A DNA stretch of 64,000 nucleotides from an uncultured Planctomycetota bacterium (lineage in GTDB: Bacteria > Planctomycetota > Phycisphaerae > Tepidisphaerales > Tepidisphaeraceae), in the NCBI GenBank assembly GCA_963841915.1, contig CAWJEN010000005.1, positions 768,001 to 832,000 of the forward strand, in the 5' to 3' direction. The number at the start of each line of letters is the position of its first letter. The first letter of the stretch is position 1. The notes beneath the pieces were generated by a model that ran no database searches, had not been told where the DNA came from, and saw only the letters and a program-made list of their open reading frames with translations. The position numbers and the translations under genes are program-made. Shown here in pieces: positions 19,608 through 29,410 of this stretch.

Positions 19608-19704
19608 TTGCCACTACAGGTGGTAAATCGTGACTGTCTAACAGCTACGGGATGTAGTACTGACCAATGGTTCGTGGGGCGGGAGAATCTTTAGCACGTA
19701 GATC

Positions 19705-19769
19705 GCTATTCTTGTGGAATAGCCAGAATGTGAATAAGGAGGTAGGCTATTCCCATGCACATGAATAGC
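19705..19769. promoter_or_regulatory. Two GCTATTC-Nx-GAATAGC inverted repeats upstream of the Fic gene (candidate operators)
   Basis: Copies at 19705-19723 (5-nt spacer) and 19746-19769 (10-nt spacer) in an AT-richer intergenic region. Function is inferred. Confidence 0.55.
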
Positions 19770-19786
19770 GAGAGGACCGGCCGCAG

Positions 19787-20956
19787 GTGAGACGTGAAGA
19801 ATTCGCTGAGGATTCGCCGGGCGAATTCGTCAGCAATCTGGACGGCGACTTGACGTTTGTGCCGTCGGCGCTGCCGGGGCCGCTGCGTCTCGATCTGGAA
19901 CTCGTGTCGCTGTTGAGCGAAGCCGAGCGAGGCCTGGGCCGGGTGACTGGCGTTTCGCAGACGCTGCCAAACCCAGAACTAATAACCCGCGCATTTGTGA
20001 GGCGAGAAGCTCAATTGTCGAGCGAGATCGAGAACATTGTGACCAACTATGCGAGTCTGGCCGCAGTCAAGGTGGCGGGGGCTGCTGCGGTACGTCACGA
20101 GAATCAGGATGCGATCGCCGAGGTGTTGAACAACGAGCAGGCAATCACGTTCTTCCTTGAGGCGACCAAAGAACGGGGCCGCCCCGTCACCGGCTCGCTG
20201 ATTCGCGATGTGCACGCCGTGCTCCTACATGGAGCTCGGAACGACGCGAAAAGGCCGGGCCGATATCGAGACCGCCAAGCCTTCATCGGCAGCAGTCAAG
20301 ACATCGCTGAGGCGAAGCTCGTGCCGGCTCCGGCACACGCGGTCGAGGAGTTGATGGAGGATCTGTGCGGCTTCATCCGCACCACTTCAGACCTTCCGCC
20401 GCTCGTCCGCCATGCGATGATTCACTATCAGTTCGAGACGATTCACCCGTTCGCCGACGGCAATGGTCGGACGGGGCGAGCGCTGATTCTGTTGCTCATG
20501 TGCGTCGACGGCTTGCTGCCTCAACCGATGCTGAACCCGAGCCTTCACATGGAGCGGGAGCGGCCAGAGTACTATCGCCGGCTGCTAGAGGTCAGCACGC
20601 GGAACAAGTGGTCTGCATGGATCAAGTTCTTCGCCCGCAGCGTTGCCGCCGCCGCAGATGACGCCGTCGCTCGCGTGGAAGCCATTCGCGATTTGCAGGC
20701 GTCGTACCACGAGCGGTTCCGGCAGCCGGGACGATCGGTAGCTCTACTTCAGCTCGTCGACGAACTTTTCGTTGAGCAGGCAACCACCATCAGCCTTGTT
20801 GCTGAACGACTTAACGTGAAGTTCGGTACTGCGGCGCGGCACGTCAAGACGCTCGAGGATGCCGGCGTACTGACGGAGATCACCGGACGCGGCCGCGATC
20901 GCGTTTATGTCGCGCCTGAGATCATCCAGATCATCCAGACGCCCAACACCGCCTGA
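19787..20956 (+). CDS. Fic-domain protein with C-terminal winged HTH
   Basis: Canonical HPFADGNGRTGR; EAQLSSEIEN inhibitory-type helix; C-terminal LEDAGVLTEITGRGRDRVY. Confidence 0.93.
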   Translation: MRREEFAEDSPGEFVSNLDGDLTFVPSALPGPLRLDLELVSLLSEAERGLGRVTGVSQTLPNPELITRAFVRREAQLSSEIENIVTNYASLAAVKVAGAAAVRHENQDAIAEVLNNEQAITFFLEATKERGRPVTGSLIRDVHAVLLHGARNDAKRPGRYRDRQAFIGSSQDIAEAKLVPAPAHAVEELMEDLCGFIRTTSDLPPLVRHAMIHYQFETIHPFADGNGRTGRALILLLMCVDGLLPQPMLNPSLHMERERPEYYRRLLEVSTRNKWSAWIKFFARSVAAAADDAVARVEAIRDLQASYHERFRQPGRSVALLQLVDELFVEQATTISLVAERLNVKFGTAARHVKTLEDAGVLTEITGRGRDRVYVAPEIIQIIQTPNTA

Positions 20957-20968
20957 CATCCCCACGAA

Positions 20969-22756
20969 CTACGGCCGCTTCGCGGCAACCCACCTTTTAA
21001 TGAACACAAGCGTCCGGCAGTTGAGCACGTCGGCCTTCGTCACCCAGGCACGCCGGGCCACGGCGAGGCCTAGGCGGTTGGCAGACAACCCCTTTGTCGT
21101 GTGGGCGTCGGTGTTGATCGTCAGCATGACGCCCGCGTCGAGGGCCATCTTGGCGTGCAGGTCGTTGAGATCCAGACGCGGGTAGGCAGCGTTGATTTCG
21201 AGAGCTGTGCCGGTTTCCTTGGCACGGGCGATGACCTTGGCCATGTCGAGGGGCAGGCCGTCGCGTTTGTTGATGAGTCGGCCCGTCGGGTGGCCGATGG
21301 CGTTGACATAGGGGCTGTCGATCGCCCGAAGGATGCGATCGGTCGCCTTCTTCGTGTCCTGCTTTAACGCGACATGCGGGCTGGCGACGACCCAATCTAA
21401 CTCAGCCAGCACCGCGTCTTCGTAGTCGAGGCGGCCGTCGCTGAGGATGTCGCACTCGCTGCCGGCCAGAAGCTCGATGCCCTTGATCTCGTCGTTGGCC
21501 TTGCGAATTGCGGCCACGTGCTTGAGCAGCCGATCGGCGTCGAGGCCGTTGGCCTGGATCTGTGACTTGCTGTGATCGGTGATGGCGAGAAACGTGTAGC
21601 CCAGCGCTTTGGCGGCTTCTGCCATCTCGATGATGCTGGCGGTGCCGTCGCTGGCGTGCGTGTGCGTGTGGAGATCGCCCTTCAAGTCGCTGGCCTCGAT
21701 CAGCGTCGGCAATCCGCCGGTGACGGCGGCTTCAATCTCCCCGCGGTCTTCGCGCAGTTCCGGCGCAATCCACGGCAGGTTGAACCACTTGTAGATTGCT
21801 TCTTCCGTCGCGGCCGCTTCAGGCTTGATCGTCGGAACGCCGCCGGTTTTGCGGGTCTCTTGTTGTTTCTCCCAAGCGTCCTTGGCAAAGACGCCCCAGT
21901 CGTTGAGCGTGTAACCGCGGTCGAGGGCCAGGCGACGAAGGTGCGTGTTGTGCTCTTTGCTGCCCGTGAAGTACATGAGGGCCGCCCCGAAGTGTGCGTC
22001 GGGCACGACCCGTGCGTCACACTGCAGGCCGTCCTTGGTAAGGATGCTGCATTTGGCGTCGCCTTTGACAAGCACGCGGTCGACCTCGGCGAACTCGCTG
22101 AAGGCGGTGAGGATTCTTGCCGGTTGATCCGTGACGATGAGAAAGTCGAGGTCGCCGACGGTCTCTTTGCCGCGCCTGAAGCTGCCTGCCGGTTCGACAC
22201 GACTGACGCCGTCGATGGCCCCAAGGCGTTCGATCATGGAGGCAACGATTTTGGCCGCCGACCCGATGCCGCGTCGTTCGTTGCCACGGGCAAGCAGCTC
22301 AATGCCGCCCTTGATCTGGTCGAGCTTCTTGGCACCGAGGCCCTTGATGCCTGCGAGTGAACCGTCGGCGATGGCTTTCGACAATTCGTCGATGCTGGTG
22401 ACGCCCTTCTCTTGCCAGACGGCCTGTACGGTTTTGGGACCCATGCCCGAAATTTCGAGCATGTCGAGCAGCCCGGCCGGCACGCTGGCGAGCAACTCGT
22501 CGTAGTCGACGCTCCGACCATCGGCCAGGAAGTCGCCGATGATTGCCCCGCTCGATTTGCCGATGCCCTTGACGGCCTCGACTGCCTTGATGCCGCCCTC
22601 GTCGTGGAGGGCACGCACGTCTTGCGGCATCTCGTCGAGCAGGCGACTGACCTTGTTGAAGCTGATCGCCCGGAAGCCGCCACCCTTGAGATCCAGGACG
22701 CGGGCCATCGTGGCGAACATGCTGGCAAGGGTCTTGTTGTCCTGGCTGGCGGGCAT
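20969..22756 (-). CDS. polX: DNA polymerase/3'-5' exonuclease PolX
   Basis: GSFRRGKETVGDLD, YFTGSKEHN; PHP domain GDLHTHT...TDHS...GHPTGR...TDAH. Start at 22756 is favoured by a TACCGT hexamer 6 nt upstream; alternative start 22810. Confidence 0.93.
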   Translation of the reverse strand: MPASQDNKTLASMFATMARVLDLKGGGFRAISFNKVSRLLDEMPQDVRALHDEGGIKAVEAVKGIGKSSGAIIGDFLADGRSVDYDELLASVPAGLLDMLEISGMGPKTVQAVWQEKGVTSIDELSKAIADGSLAGIKGLGAKKLDQIKGGIELLARGNERRGIGSAAKIVASMIERLGAIDGVSRVEPAGSFRRGKETVGDLDFLIVTDQPARILTAFSEFAEVDRVLVKGDAKCSILTKDGLQCDARVVPDAHFGAALMYFTGSKEHNTHLRRLALDRGYTLNDWGVFAKDAWEKQQETRKTGGVPTIKPEAAATEEAIYKWFNLPWIAPELREDRGEIEAAVTGGLPTLIEASDLKGDLHTHTHASDGTASIIEMAEAAKALGYTFLAITDHSKSQIQANGLDADRLLKHVAAIRKANDEIKGIELLAGSECDILSDGRLDYEDAVLAELDWVVASPHVALKQDTKKATDRILRAIDSPYVNAIGHPTGRLINKRDGLPLDMAKVIARAKETGTALEINAAYPRLDLNDLHAKMALDAGVMLTINTDAHTTKGLSANRLGLAVARRAWVTKADVLNCRTLVFIKRWVAAKRP

Positions 22757-22856
22757 GAGGCAACGGTAAGCCGGGTCGCTCTTGACGGGCTGTGGAAGGT
22801 TTGTCGGCATGCCGACTCAATGCCGCGGGTACGGCCGATGTTCGTAGACTGCGGCC

Positions 22857-25800
22857 ATGCCTGCTGACGTTGCTCCTGCCGATCCCTTCGTTCACCTGCA
22901 CGTCCACACGCACTACTCGATGCTGGACGGTGCCTGCCGCATCAAGGACCTTGTCAAGCGGACGAAGGACCATGGCATGGACGCCATTGCCATCACGGAT
23001 CACGGCGCGCTGTTCGGGCTGATCGAGCACTACCAGACGTGTGTCGATGCAGGCGTCAAGCCGATCCTGGGCCTGGAGGCCTACGTCTCGCCGACGCGTC
23101 GCGACGATCGCACGACGAAGCCGGGCGAGAGCGCGTATCACCTGCTGCTGCTGGCAGAGAATCTCGAGGGGTATCGCAATCTGCTCAAGTTGTCGTCGCT
23201 TTCGTACAAAGAGGGCTTTTACTACAAGCCGCGGATCGACAAGGAGTTGCTCCGCGAATTCAAGGGCGGCCTTATCGCCACAAGCGCCTGCCTCGGCGGC
23301 GAAGTGGCCAACGCCTACCTCAAGCACAACCCGCAGAAGGCGCGGGAGTGTGCCGAGATGTACGCCGGCATCTTTGATCGCGACAAATTCTTCATCGAAG
23401 TCCAAGGCAACGGATTGCCCGAGCAGGACCAGGTGAACCCGGAGCTGATGGACCTGGCGGGCAAATTGGGTGTCGGCGTCGTCGGGACCAACGACGTCCA
23501 CTTCCTCGAGAAGGACGACCACTTCGCCCACAACTGCCTGTGCTGCATCAGCACCGGCAAGATGGCTGACGACGAAGGGCGGCTGATCTATCCGACGGAG
23601 CTGTACCTCAAGACCCCCGCCGAGATGCAACAGAGCATCGGCCGCTTCGGCGATGCGTACGCGAACACGAAACGCATTGCCGACCTGTGCAACGTCGAGC
23701 TCGACTTCGGCAAGCAGTACGCCCCGGTCTACAAGGTGCCGAGCGACTTCGACATCAAGCCGGAGCACAAGGCGATGGGCCAGGACGAGGCTTACATGCG
23801 CCAGCTTTGCGAAGAAGGCCTTGAGTGGCGATACGGCAAGACTGAGGTCTCACAGGAAGTGCGTGAGCGGCTTGAAAAAGAGATCGGCGTCATCGCGGGC
23901 AAAGGCTTTTGCTCGTACTTCCTCATTGTCTGGGACTTCTGCAATTATGCCCGCGAGCAAGGCATTCCTGTTGGTGCCCGCGGCAGCGGTGTCGGCACGA
24001 TGGTCGGCTACCTGCTGGGCCTGTGCAACGTCGACCCGGTGACGTATGACCTGCTCTTCGAGCGGTTCATGGACCCGGACCGCGCTGAAATGCCGGATAT
24101 CGACATCGATATCTGCATGAACGGGCGCGGAAAGGTCATCGAATACGTCCGCGAGAAGTATGGACACGTCGCACAGATCATCACGTTCGGCACCCTGGCC
24201 GCCAAGGCAGCGGTGCGCGATGTCGGACGCGTGCTGAACCTGCCGTTGAGCGAGGTCGACAAGGTGACCAAGCTCATCCCGACCGTGCCGCCTGGCATCA
24301 AGCTCGACGAAGCGCTCAAGCGGGTCGGCGAACTCCGCGAGAAGTACGAAACTGATGCTCAGGTCGCCAAGGTGATCGACATCGCCAAGCGGCTGGAAGG
24401 CTTGTGCCGAAACGCAGGCTGTCATGCGGCGGCGCTCGTCATCGCCGAGCAGCCTCTTGAAGAGCTTGTGCCGCTTTATCAGGATAAAGACGGTAACACG
24501 CTCACGCAGTATGAAGGGCCGACCGTCGAAAAGTGCGGCCTGCTCAAGATGGACTTCCTGGGGCTTCGCACGCTGAGCGTGTTGCAGCGGTCGATCGATC
24601 TTGTCAAGGAAACCAAGGGCATCGACCTTGACATCGAGGCCGTTCCGCTGGACGACCAGACGGTGCTTGACCTGTTCCGCCGCGGCGAGACGCGGGGCAT
24701 CTTCCAGTTCGAGTCGGGTGGCATGCAGGATTTGCTGCTGAAGATGAAACCCGACCGGCTCGAAGATCTCATCGCCGCAAATGCCCTGTATCGGCCTGGG
24801 CCGATGGAGCTCATCCCCGACTACTGCGCCCGAAAGCACGGCCGCGAGAAGGTGCCGACCGTCCACCCGGACATGGATGAGATCCTGAGCGAGACCTACG
24901 GCATCATGGTTTACCAGGAGCAGGTCATGCGGATCTTCAACCGGCTCGGCGGCATTCCGCTGCGGGCCGCGTATGGGCTGATCAAAGCAATCAGCAAGAA
25001 GAAAGAGAGCGTGATCGCCAAATTCAAGCCGCAGTTTATCGAAGGGGCCAAGGAGCGCGGCCTCAGCGAAGATGTGGCCAAGGAAGTCTTCGCCCTCATT
25101 CTCAAGTTCGGCGGTTACGGCTTTAACAAGAGCCACTCGACCCGCTACGCCATCGTCGCCTACCAGACGGCGTACATGAAGACGTACCACCCTGTCGAGT
25201 ACATGGCGGCGTTGCTCACGTTCGAAAGCGGCAACACGGAAAAGGTCGTCGAGTACATCGACGAATGTGGCAAAGTCAGCCGGCCCGAAGGTGGTCGCGG
25301 CGTGCAGGTGTTGCCCCCGGACGTAAACCTGAGCGGTTGCGACTTCACGCCGGTCTATAAACAGAATGTCGATCCGACGATCCGCTTCGGCATGACCGCC
25401 GTCCGCGGCGTGGGTGAAAAAGCGGTCAACACGATCATCGAAGAGCGTGAGTCGGGCGGCCGATTCGAGAACCTGTACGACTTCTGCGAGCGCGTTGACA
25501 GCCGGGCCGTCACGAAGTCGACGCTCGACGCGCTCGTCCGCTGCGGCGCATTCGGCAGCATTCACGAGAAGCGTGCGCCGCTCGTTCACGCACTCGACCG
25601 CGCGTTCGAAATGGGCCAGCAAGCACAGGCCGACAAACGCGACGGTCAGGCGGCGTTGTTCGGTACACCCGCCCCGACGGCCGGCGGGGCAACGGACGTG
25701 ACGCTGCCAAAGGTCAAGGAGTTTGCCCCGTCGGAGTTGCTGCAGTTCGAGAAGGAACTCCTGGGGTTCTACCTGACCGATCACCCGCTCGGTGAGCACC

Positions 25801-26534
25801 AGTCGGCGATTGATCGATACACGACGGCCAGCACGAAGGAGGCGATGGAGTTGAGTGAAGGCAGCGAAGTGATGATCGGCTGCATGATCTCCAGTGTCCG
25901 CAGCCGCGTTGGCAAGACCGGCCGCAGCGCGGGCCGTAAGTGGGCGATCATCGAGCTCGAGGACTTTGACGGCAAGATCGAGGCGATGGCATTCGCCGAT
26001 ACTTTCGAGGAGATCGAGGATCGTTTCCCGAAGCTGCTCAAAGCCGATTCCATTCTGTTCGTCCGCGGCGTCGTCGACTGCAAGCGTGAGACGCCGAGCC
26101 TGATTCTCAGGGACGTCGTGCCGATCGAGGAGGCGACAGCGAAGCTGACGACGGCCATCCGTCTCGACCTCGACCCGCTCGTCCACACGCCGGAGAACAT
26201 CGCCGCGCTCAAGCCGTTGTTCGAGCAACATCGTGGCGGGTGCGACGTCTACGCCCGCTTCAGTAGCAACCACGTGTGCGGCGGTGAGAGCAAGGTGCTG
26301 ACGCTCCGGTTCGGCAGAGACCTGCGCGTCCGTGCCGACAACGATCTGGTCGGCGATGTCGAACGCCTGCTCGGTACCGGCAGCATCACCCTCGCCGGTG
26401 ACGGGAGTCGACGGCAGAAACGGCTCGAAGCCAAGCGAAGAGCGGCTTTGGATGTGGAGGAAGCCGTGGTGTCCGCGGCTATCAATTCCGGCGGGATCGC
26501 CGACGCACTCGATGACGAGGACGACGATGAGTGA
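22857..26534 (+). CDS. dnaE: DNA polymerase III alpha subunit
   Basis: FVHLHVHTHYSMLDG, GARGSG, MPDIDID, KMDFLGL, YGFNKSH, C-terminal OB fold. Confidence 0.98.
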   Translation: MPADVAPADPFVHLHVHTHYSMLDGACRIKDLVKRTKDHGMDAIAITDHGALFGLIEHYQTCVDAGVKPILGLEAYVSPTRRDDRTTKPGESAYHLLLLAENLEGYRNLLKLSSLSYKEGFYYKPRIDKELLREFKGGLIATSACLGGEVANAYLKHNPQKARECAEMYAGIFDRDKFFIEVQGNGLPEQDQVNPELMDLAGKLGVGVVGTNDVHFLEKDDHFAHNCLCCISTGKMADDEGRLIYPTELYLKTPAEMQQSIGRFGDAYANTKRIADLCNVELDFGKQYAPVYKVPSDFDIKPEHKAMGQDEAYMRQLCEEGLEWRYGKTEVSQEVRERLEKEIGVIAGKGFCSYFLIVWDFCNYAREQGIPVGARGSGVGTMVGYLLGLCNVDPVTYDLLFERFMDPDRAEMPDIDIDICMNGRGKVIEYVREKYGHVAQIITFGTLAAKAAVRDVGRVLNLPLSEVDKVTKLIPTVPPGIKLDEALKRVGELREKYETDAQVAKVIDIAKRLEGLCRNAGCHAAALVIAEQPLEELVPLYQDKDGNTLTQYEGPTVEKCGLLKMDFLGLRTLSVLQRSIDLVKETKGIDLDIEAVPLDDQTVLDLFRRGETRGIFQFESGGMQDLLLKMKPDRLEDLIAANALYRPGPMELIPDYCARKHGREKVPTVHPDMDEILSETYGIMVYQEQVMRIFNRLGGIPLRAAYGLIKAISKKKESVIAKFKPQFIEGAKERGLSEDVAKEVFALILKFGGYGFNKSHSTRYAIVAYQTAYMKTYHPVEYMAALLTFESGNTEKVVEYIDECGKVSRPEGGRGVQVLPPDVNLSGCDFTPVYKQNVDPTIRFGMTAVRGVGEKAVNTIIEERESGGRFENLYDFCERVDSRAVTKSTLDALVRCGAFGSIHEKRAPLVHALDRAFEMGQQAQADKRDGQAALFGTPAPTAGGATDVTLPKVKEFAPSELLQFEKELLGFYLTDHPLGEHQSAIDRYTTASTKEAMELSEGSEVMIGCMISSVRSRVGKTGRSAGRKWAIIELEDFDGKIEAMAFADTFEEIEDRFPKLLKADSILFVRGVVDCKRETPSLILRDVVPIEEATAKLTTAIRLDLDPLVHTPENIAALKPLFEQHRGGCDVYARFSSNHVCGGESKVLTLRFGRDLRVRADNDLVGDVERLLGTGSITLAGDGSRRQKRLEAKRRAALDVEEAVVSAAINSGGIADALDDEDDDE

Positions 26535-26696
26535 CAGTAGAGTCGTGGAAAATCTTGAACCGCATACTTATGGACTGCCGGCTTGACGAGTTGAGCACCA
26601 TGATCGCCTTGTGCTCACAGGTGGGCGTCTTATTCAAGATGCCCAGCTATCTCATACCTGTTGGATCGTCGCTGGTTCTCGGAACCATCGCAGCGG

Positions 26697-28235
26697 CTAG
26701 TCGTAGCTGCCACCCGTTGCCTTGCCAAGCTTTTGCTGCAGGTGGTCGAGGTCGGCCGACACCTTGGCGATGGGGTCGACTTGCTGCAGGGTCACCTTCT
26801 TCTTACGCGGCGGGCGGCGGCCCTGCTTGACCTCGGTCTCCAGCTGAGCTTTGCGACGCAAAATGTGGTGGTAGTGCTGGGCGAACCGGTGGGCCTCGTC
26901 GCGGGCGTACTGAAGCATTTTCAGCCCCAAGTGATTGCGTGGCAGCTTGAGCGGCTCGGACACGCCCGGCAGGTGAACGAGCTCTTCCTGTTTGCTCAGG
27001 CTCACGACCATCGGCGGCTTGAGCTCGGCGTCAGCGAACGCGGTCATCACGCTGCTGAGTTGCCCCACACCGCCGTCGATCACAATGAGGTCCGGGTACA
27101 ACTCGCTGCCGTTGGCGGCTTCACGGTACCGGCGGCTGATGACTTCCTGCATGCTCAGAAAGTCGTTGTTCCCCTGGCCGTGGCGAATTTTGTAGCGGCG
27201 GTAGCCGTCCTTGAAAGGTTGGCCGTCGATGAAGCAGACTTTGCTGCCGACCATCTCACCGCCTTGGAGGTGGGCGATGTCGAAGCACTCGACCACGCGT
27301 GGGGCGGCGTCCATGTTGAGGGCGACCTGCAGATCGCTGACCGCCTTGGCCGGGTCGGTGACGAAGCTGGTGTTGTAGACCTCGGGCTGCCAGAACTCCT
27401 GCGTGCCTTTACCGGCCCGCTTGCCCAGCGCCTTCATCGCCTTGATCTCGTCGCGAACCTTGGCGGCGTCTTCGAATCGCATCTCCGCACTGGCCTTGGC
27501 CATCCGTTTGTTGAGGTCTTCGAGCAGCTTGACGCGGTCGCCGTCGAGGAAGCGAAGCAGCCGCCGTGTGTCAGAGCGGTAGTCGTCCTGGCTGATGCGG
27601 TCTGCACAGGGCGCTGTGCACTGCTTGATCGCGTGCAGCAGGCAAGGCCGGAAGTAGCGCCGCCGATCATCGCCGGCCTTGATGTCAAGCTCGCAGGTGC
27701 GGAACTTGAACGCCTTCTGCAGCAGGCTGATGGCCTCCTTCAGCGCCCACACACTCGTGAACGGGCCGAGCACCTTGGCTTTCTTGTACTGAGCCGGCTC
27801 GCGTGTCACGTAGACGCCCGGGAAGTCGTCGCCCATCGTAATGACGAGGTACGGAAACGTCTTGTCGTCCATCAACAGCGTGTTGAACTTCGGACGAATG
27901 TCTTTGATGAGCCGGTTCTCGACGAGCAGCGCCTCGACCTCGCTTTCGGCACCGAGCGTGTCGAAGTCGACGACTTCATCGAGCAGGCCAGCCTTCTTGG
28001 CTTCGAGCTTGGTCGCGGGTTGGAAGTAGCTTGATACGCGGTCGCGCATGGAAGCCGATTTGCCGACGTAAATCACGCGGCCGCGATGATCCTTCATCAG
28101 GTAGACGCCTGGGTCCTTCGTCAGCCGCTTGGCCTTTTCGTTGAGACGCTTAAGCCGGTCCTCGCGTGACTCGTCCGGCGGGAACGAGGTGGCGGCTGGC
28201 TGGTCGACGGTGGCAGGATCGGGCATCGCTTCCAT
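26697..28235 (-). CDS. uvrC: Excinuclease ABC subunit C, short form without C-terminal HhH
   Basis: GIY-YIG domain (PGVYLMKD...IYVGKS), Cys cluster, UVR domain (MRFEDAAKVRD), ECFDIAH, PDLIVIDGGVGQL, RDEAHRFA. Start trimmed. Confidence 0.9.
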   Translation of the reverse strand: MEAMPDPATVDQPAATSFPPDESREDRLKRLNEKAKRLTKDPGVYLMKDHRGRVIYVGKSASMRDRVSSYFQPATKLEAKKAGLLDEVVDFDTLGAESEVEALLVENRLIKDIRPKFNTLLMDDKTFPYLVITMGDDFPGVYVTREPAQYKKAKVLGPFTSVWALKEAISLLQKAFKFRTCELDIKAGDDRRRYFRPCLLHAIKQCTAPCADRISQDDYRSDTRRLLRFLDGDRVKLLEDLNKRMAKASAEMRFEDAAKVRDEIKAMKALGKRAGKGTQEFWQPEVYNTSFVTDPAKAVSDLQVALNMDAAPRVVECFDIAHLQGGEMVGSKVCFIDGQPFKDGYRRYKIRHGQGNNDFLSMQEVISRRYREAANGSELYPDLIVIDGGVGQLSSVMTAFADAELKPPMVVSLSKQEELVHLPGVSEPLKLPRNHLGLKMLQYARDEAHRFAQHYHHILRRKAQLETEVKQGRRPPRKKKVTLQQVDPIAKVSADLDHLQQKLGKATGGSYD

Positions 28236-28403
28236 GGCTGGCTGAGGCGTCCGGCAAGGTCCGTCTGCCGGCTTCACAAGTACGTCCAGCGCGCGACGGT
28301 GGATCGGCCGTTTGCCTCGCTGGAGGGCCGAATTGTATCTCTTGGTAGCCACCCGTGAACCTGCCAACGCCGGTGGCCCTTCCGACGCCAGCTGACTTAC
28401 CCC

Positions 28404-28640
28404 ATGAACATCCCGACCTATCTTCCGCTTCCGCCCCTCTCGCCTGCCGGTCGCACCGACAGGCGACGCATGACCTCTACCTCGATGCATGCGGGGCACG
28501 CTAATCCTGTCGACAGCGTCGAGGTCGATTCGCGAGCCAATCAGCCGACGCGACTTGAGGCGACGCTTTACCCGACGCACCCGAGCCGAACTGCGCTGGC
28601 GGCAGAGTTCATCAAGGTTCACCGCCGCGTCTTCGGGTAA
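28404..28640 (+). CDS. Possible small hypothetical protein
   Basis: 78-aa ATG ORF filling the gap between uvrC and hisA; no recognisable motif. Confidence 0.35.
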   Translation: MNIPTYLPLPPLSPAGRTDRRRMTSTSMHAGHANPVDSVEVDSRANQPTRLEATLYPTHPSRTALAAEFIKVHRRVFG

Positions 28641-28663
28641 AGACCCGCCGCTACGGTCGCTTC

Positions 28664-29410
28664 ATGAGCGACTACTGCGGGCAACTAGAAATATACCCCA
28701 GCATCGACCTGCGAGGAGGCAAGGTCGTGCGGCTGGCCCAGGGCGACTTTGCCCGGCAAACGACGTACGACGTCGAGCCGGGCCGAGTCGCCCACTCGTA
28801 TGCCGATGCCGGTGCGACGTGGCTGCACGTGGTCGACCTCGACGGGGCCAAAGAAGGCCGCGTGTGCCAGGCGAATCTTATCGGCGACATTGTTCAAGCA
28901 GAGCCACGACTGAGCGTGCAGGCCGGCGGTGGCATTCGGAACGTGGACGATGTGAAGCGACTGCTCGACGCCGGCTGCAACCGGGTGGTTGTCGGCACGC
29001 GGGCTGTGAGTGACTGGCCGTGGCTAGAGACGTTGCTCGCCGACGACGCCATGGCAAATCGCATCACGCTCGCCATCGACGCCAAGGACGGCCGCGTCGC
29101 GGTCGGTGGCTGGCAGGAGACCTCGGATGTCACAGCCATCGAACTGGCGAGGCGGGCACGCGACCTGCCGATCGCGGCACTTCTCTACACCGACGTGGCT
29201 CGTGACGGCATGTTGGGCGGAACGGATGCGATCGGCACGGCCGAGCTTGCTGATGTGTCGACGATTCCAGTGCTCGCTAGCGGCGGCGTCGGGTCGATCG
29301 ATGATCTGCCGCCGCTCGTCGCCTCGAACGTCAGCGGCGTGATCATCGGCCGGGCGCTGTACGAAGGGAAAATCGACCTGCAGGCGGCCGTCGAGCTCGG
29401 TCGGCGCTAA
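28664..29410 (+). CDS. hisA: ProFAR isomerase HisA
   Basis: IYPSIDLRGGKVVRLAQGD, LHVVDLDGA, GGGIR, YTDVARDG, ASGGV, GRALYEG. Confidence 0.97.
   Translation: MSDYCGQLEIYPSIDLRGGKVVRLAQGDFARQTTYDVEPGRVAHSYADAGATWLHVVDLDGAKEGRVCQANLIGDIVQAEPRLSVQAGGGIRNVDDVKRLLDAGCNRVVVGTRAVSDWPWLETLLADDAMANRITLAIDAKDGRVAVGGWQETSDVTAIELARRARDLPIAALLYTDVARDGMLGGTDAIGTAELADVSTIPVLASGGVGSIDDLPPLVASNVSGVIIGRALYEGKIDLQAAVELGRR

Noticed and set aside
23850..26273. 807-aa - strand ORF
   Set aside because: Antisense to dnaE with no recognisable domain.
22857..26534. Intein in dnaE
   Set aside because: Ordinary length (1225 aa) and no intein splice motifs seen.
26531..26830. 99-aa ORF after dnaE
   Set aside because: Overlaps the uvrC 3' end and has no motif; the lower-GC gap at 26535-26696 shows no convincing gene or structure.
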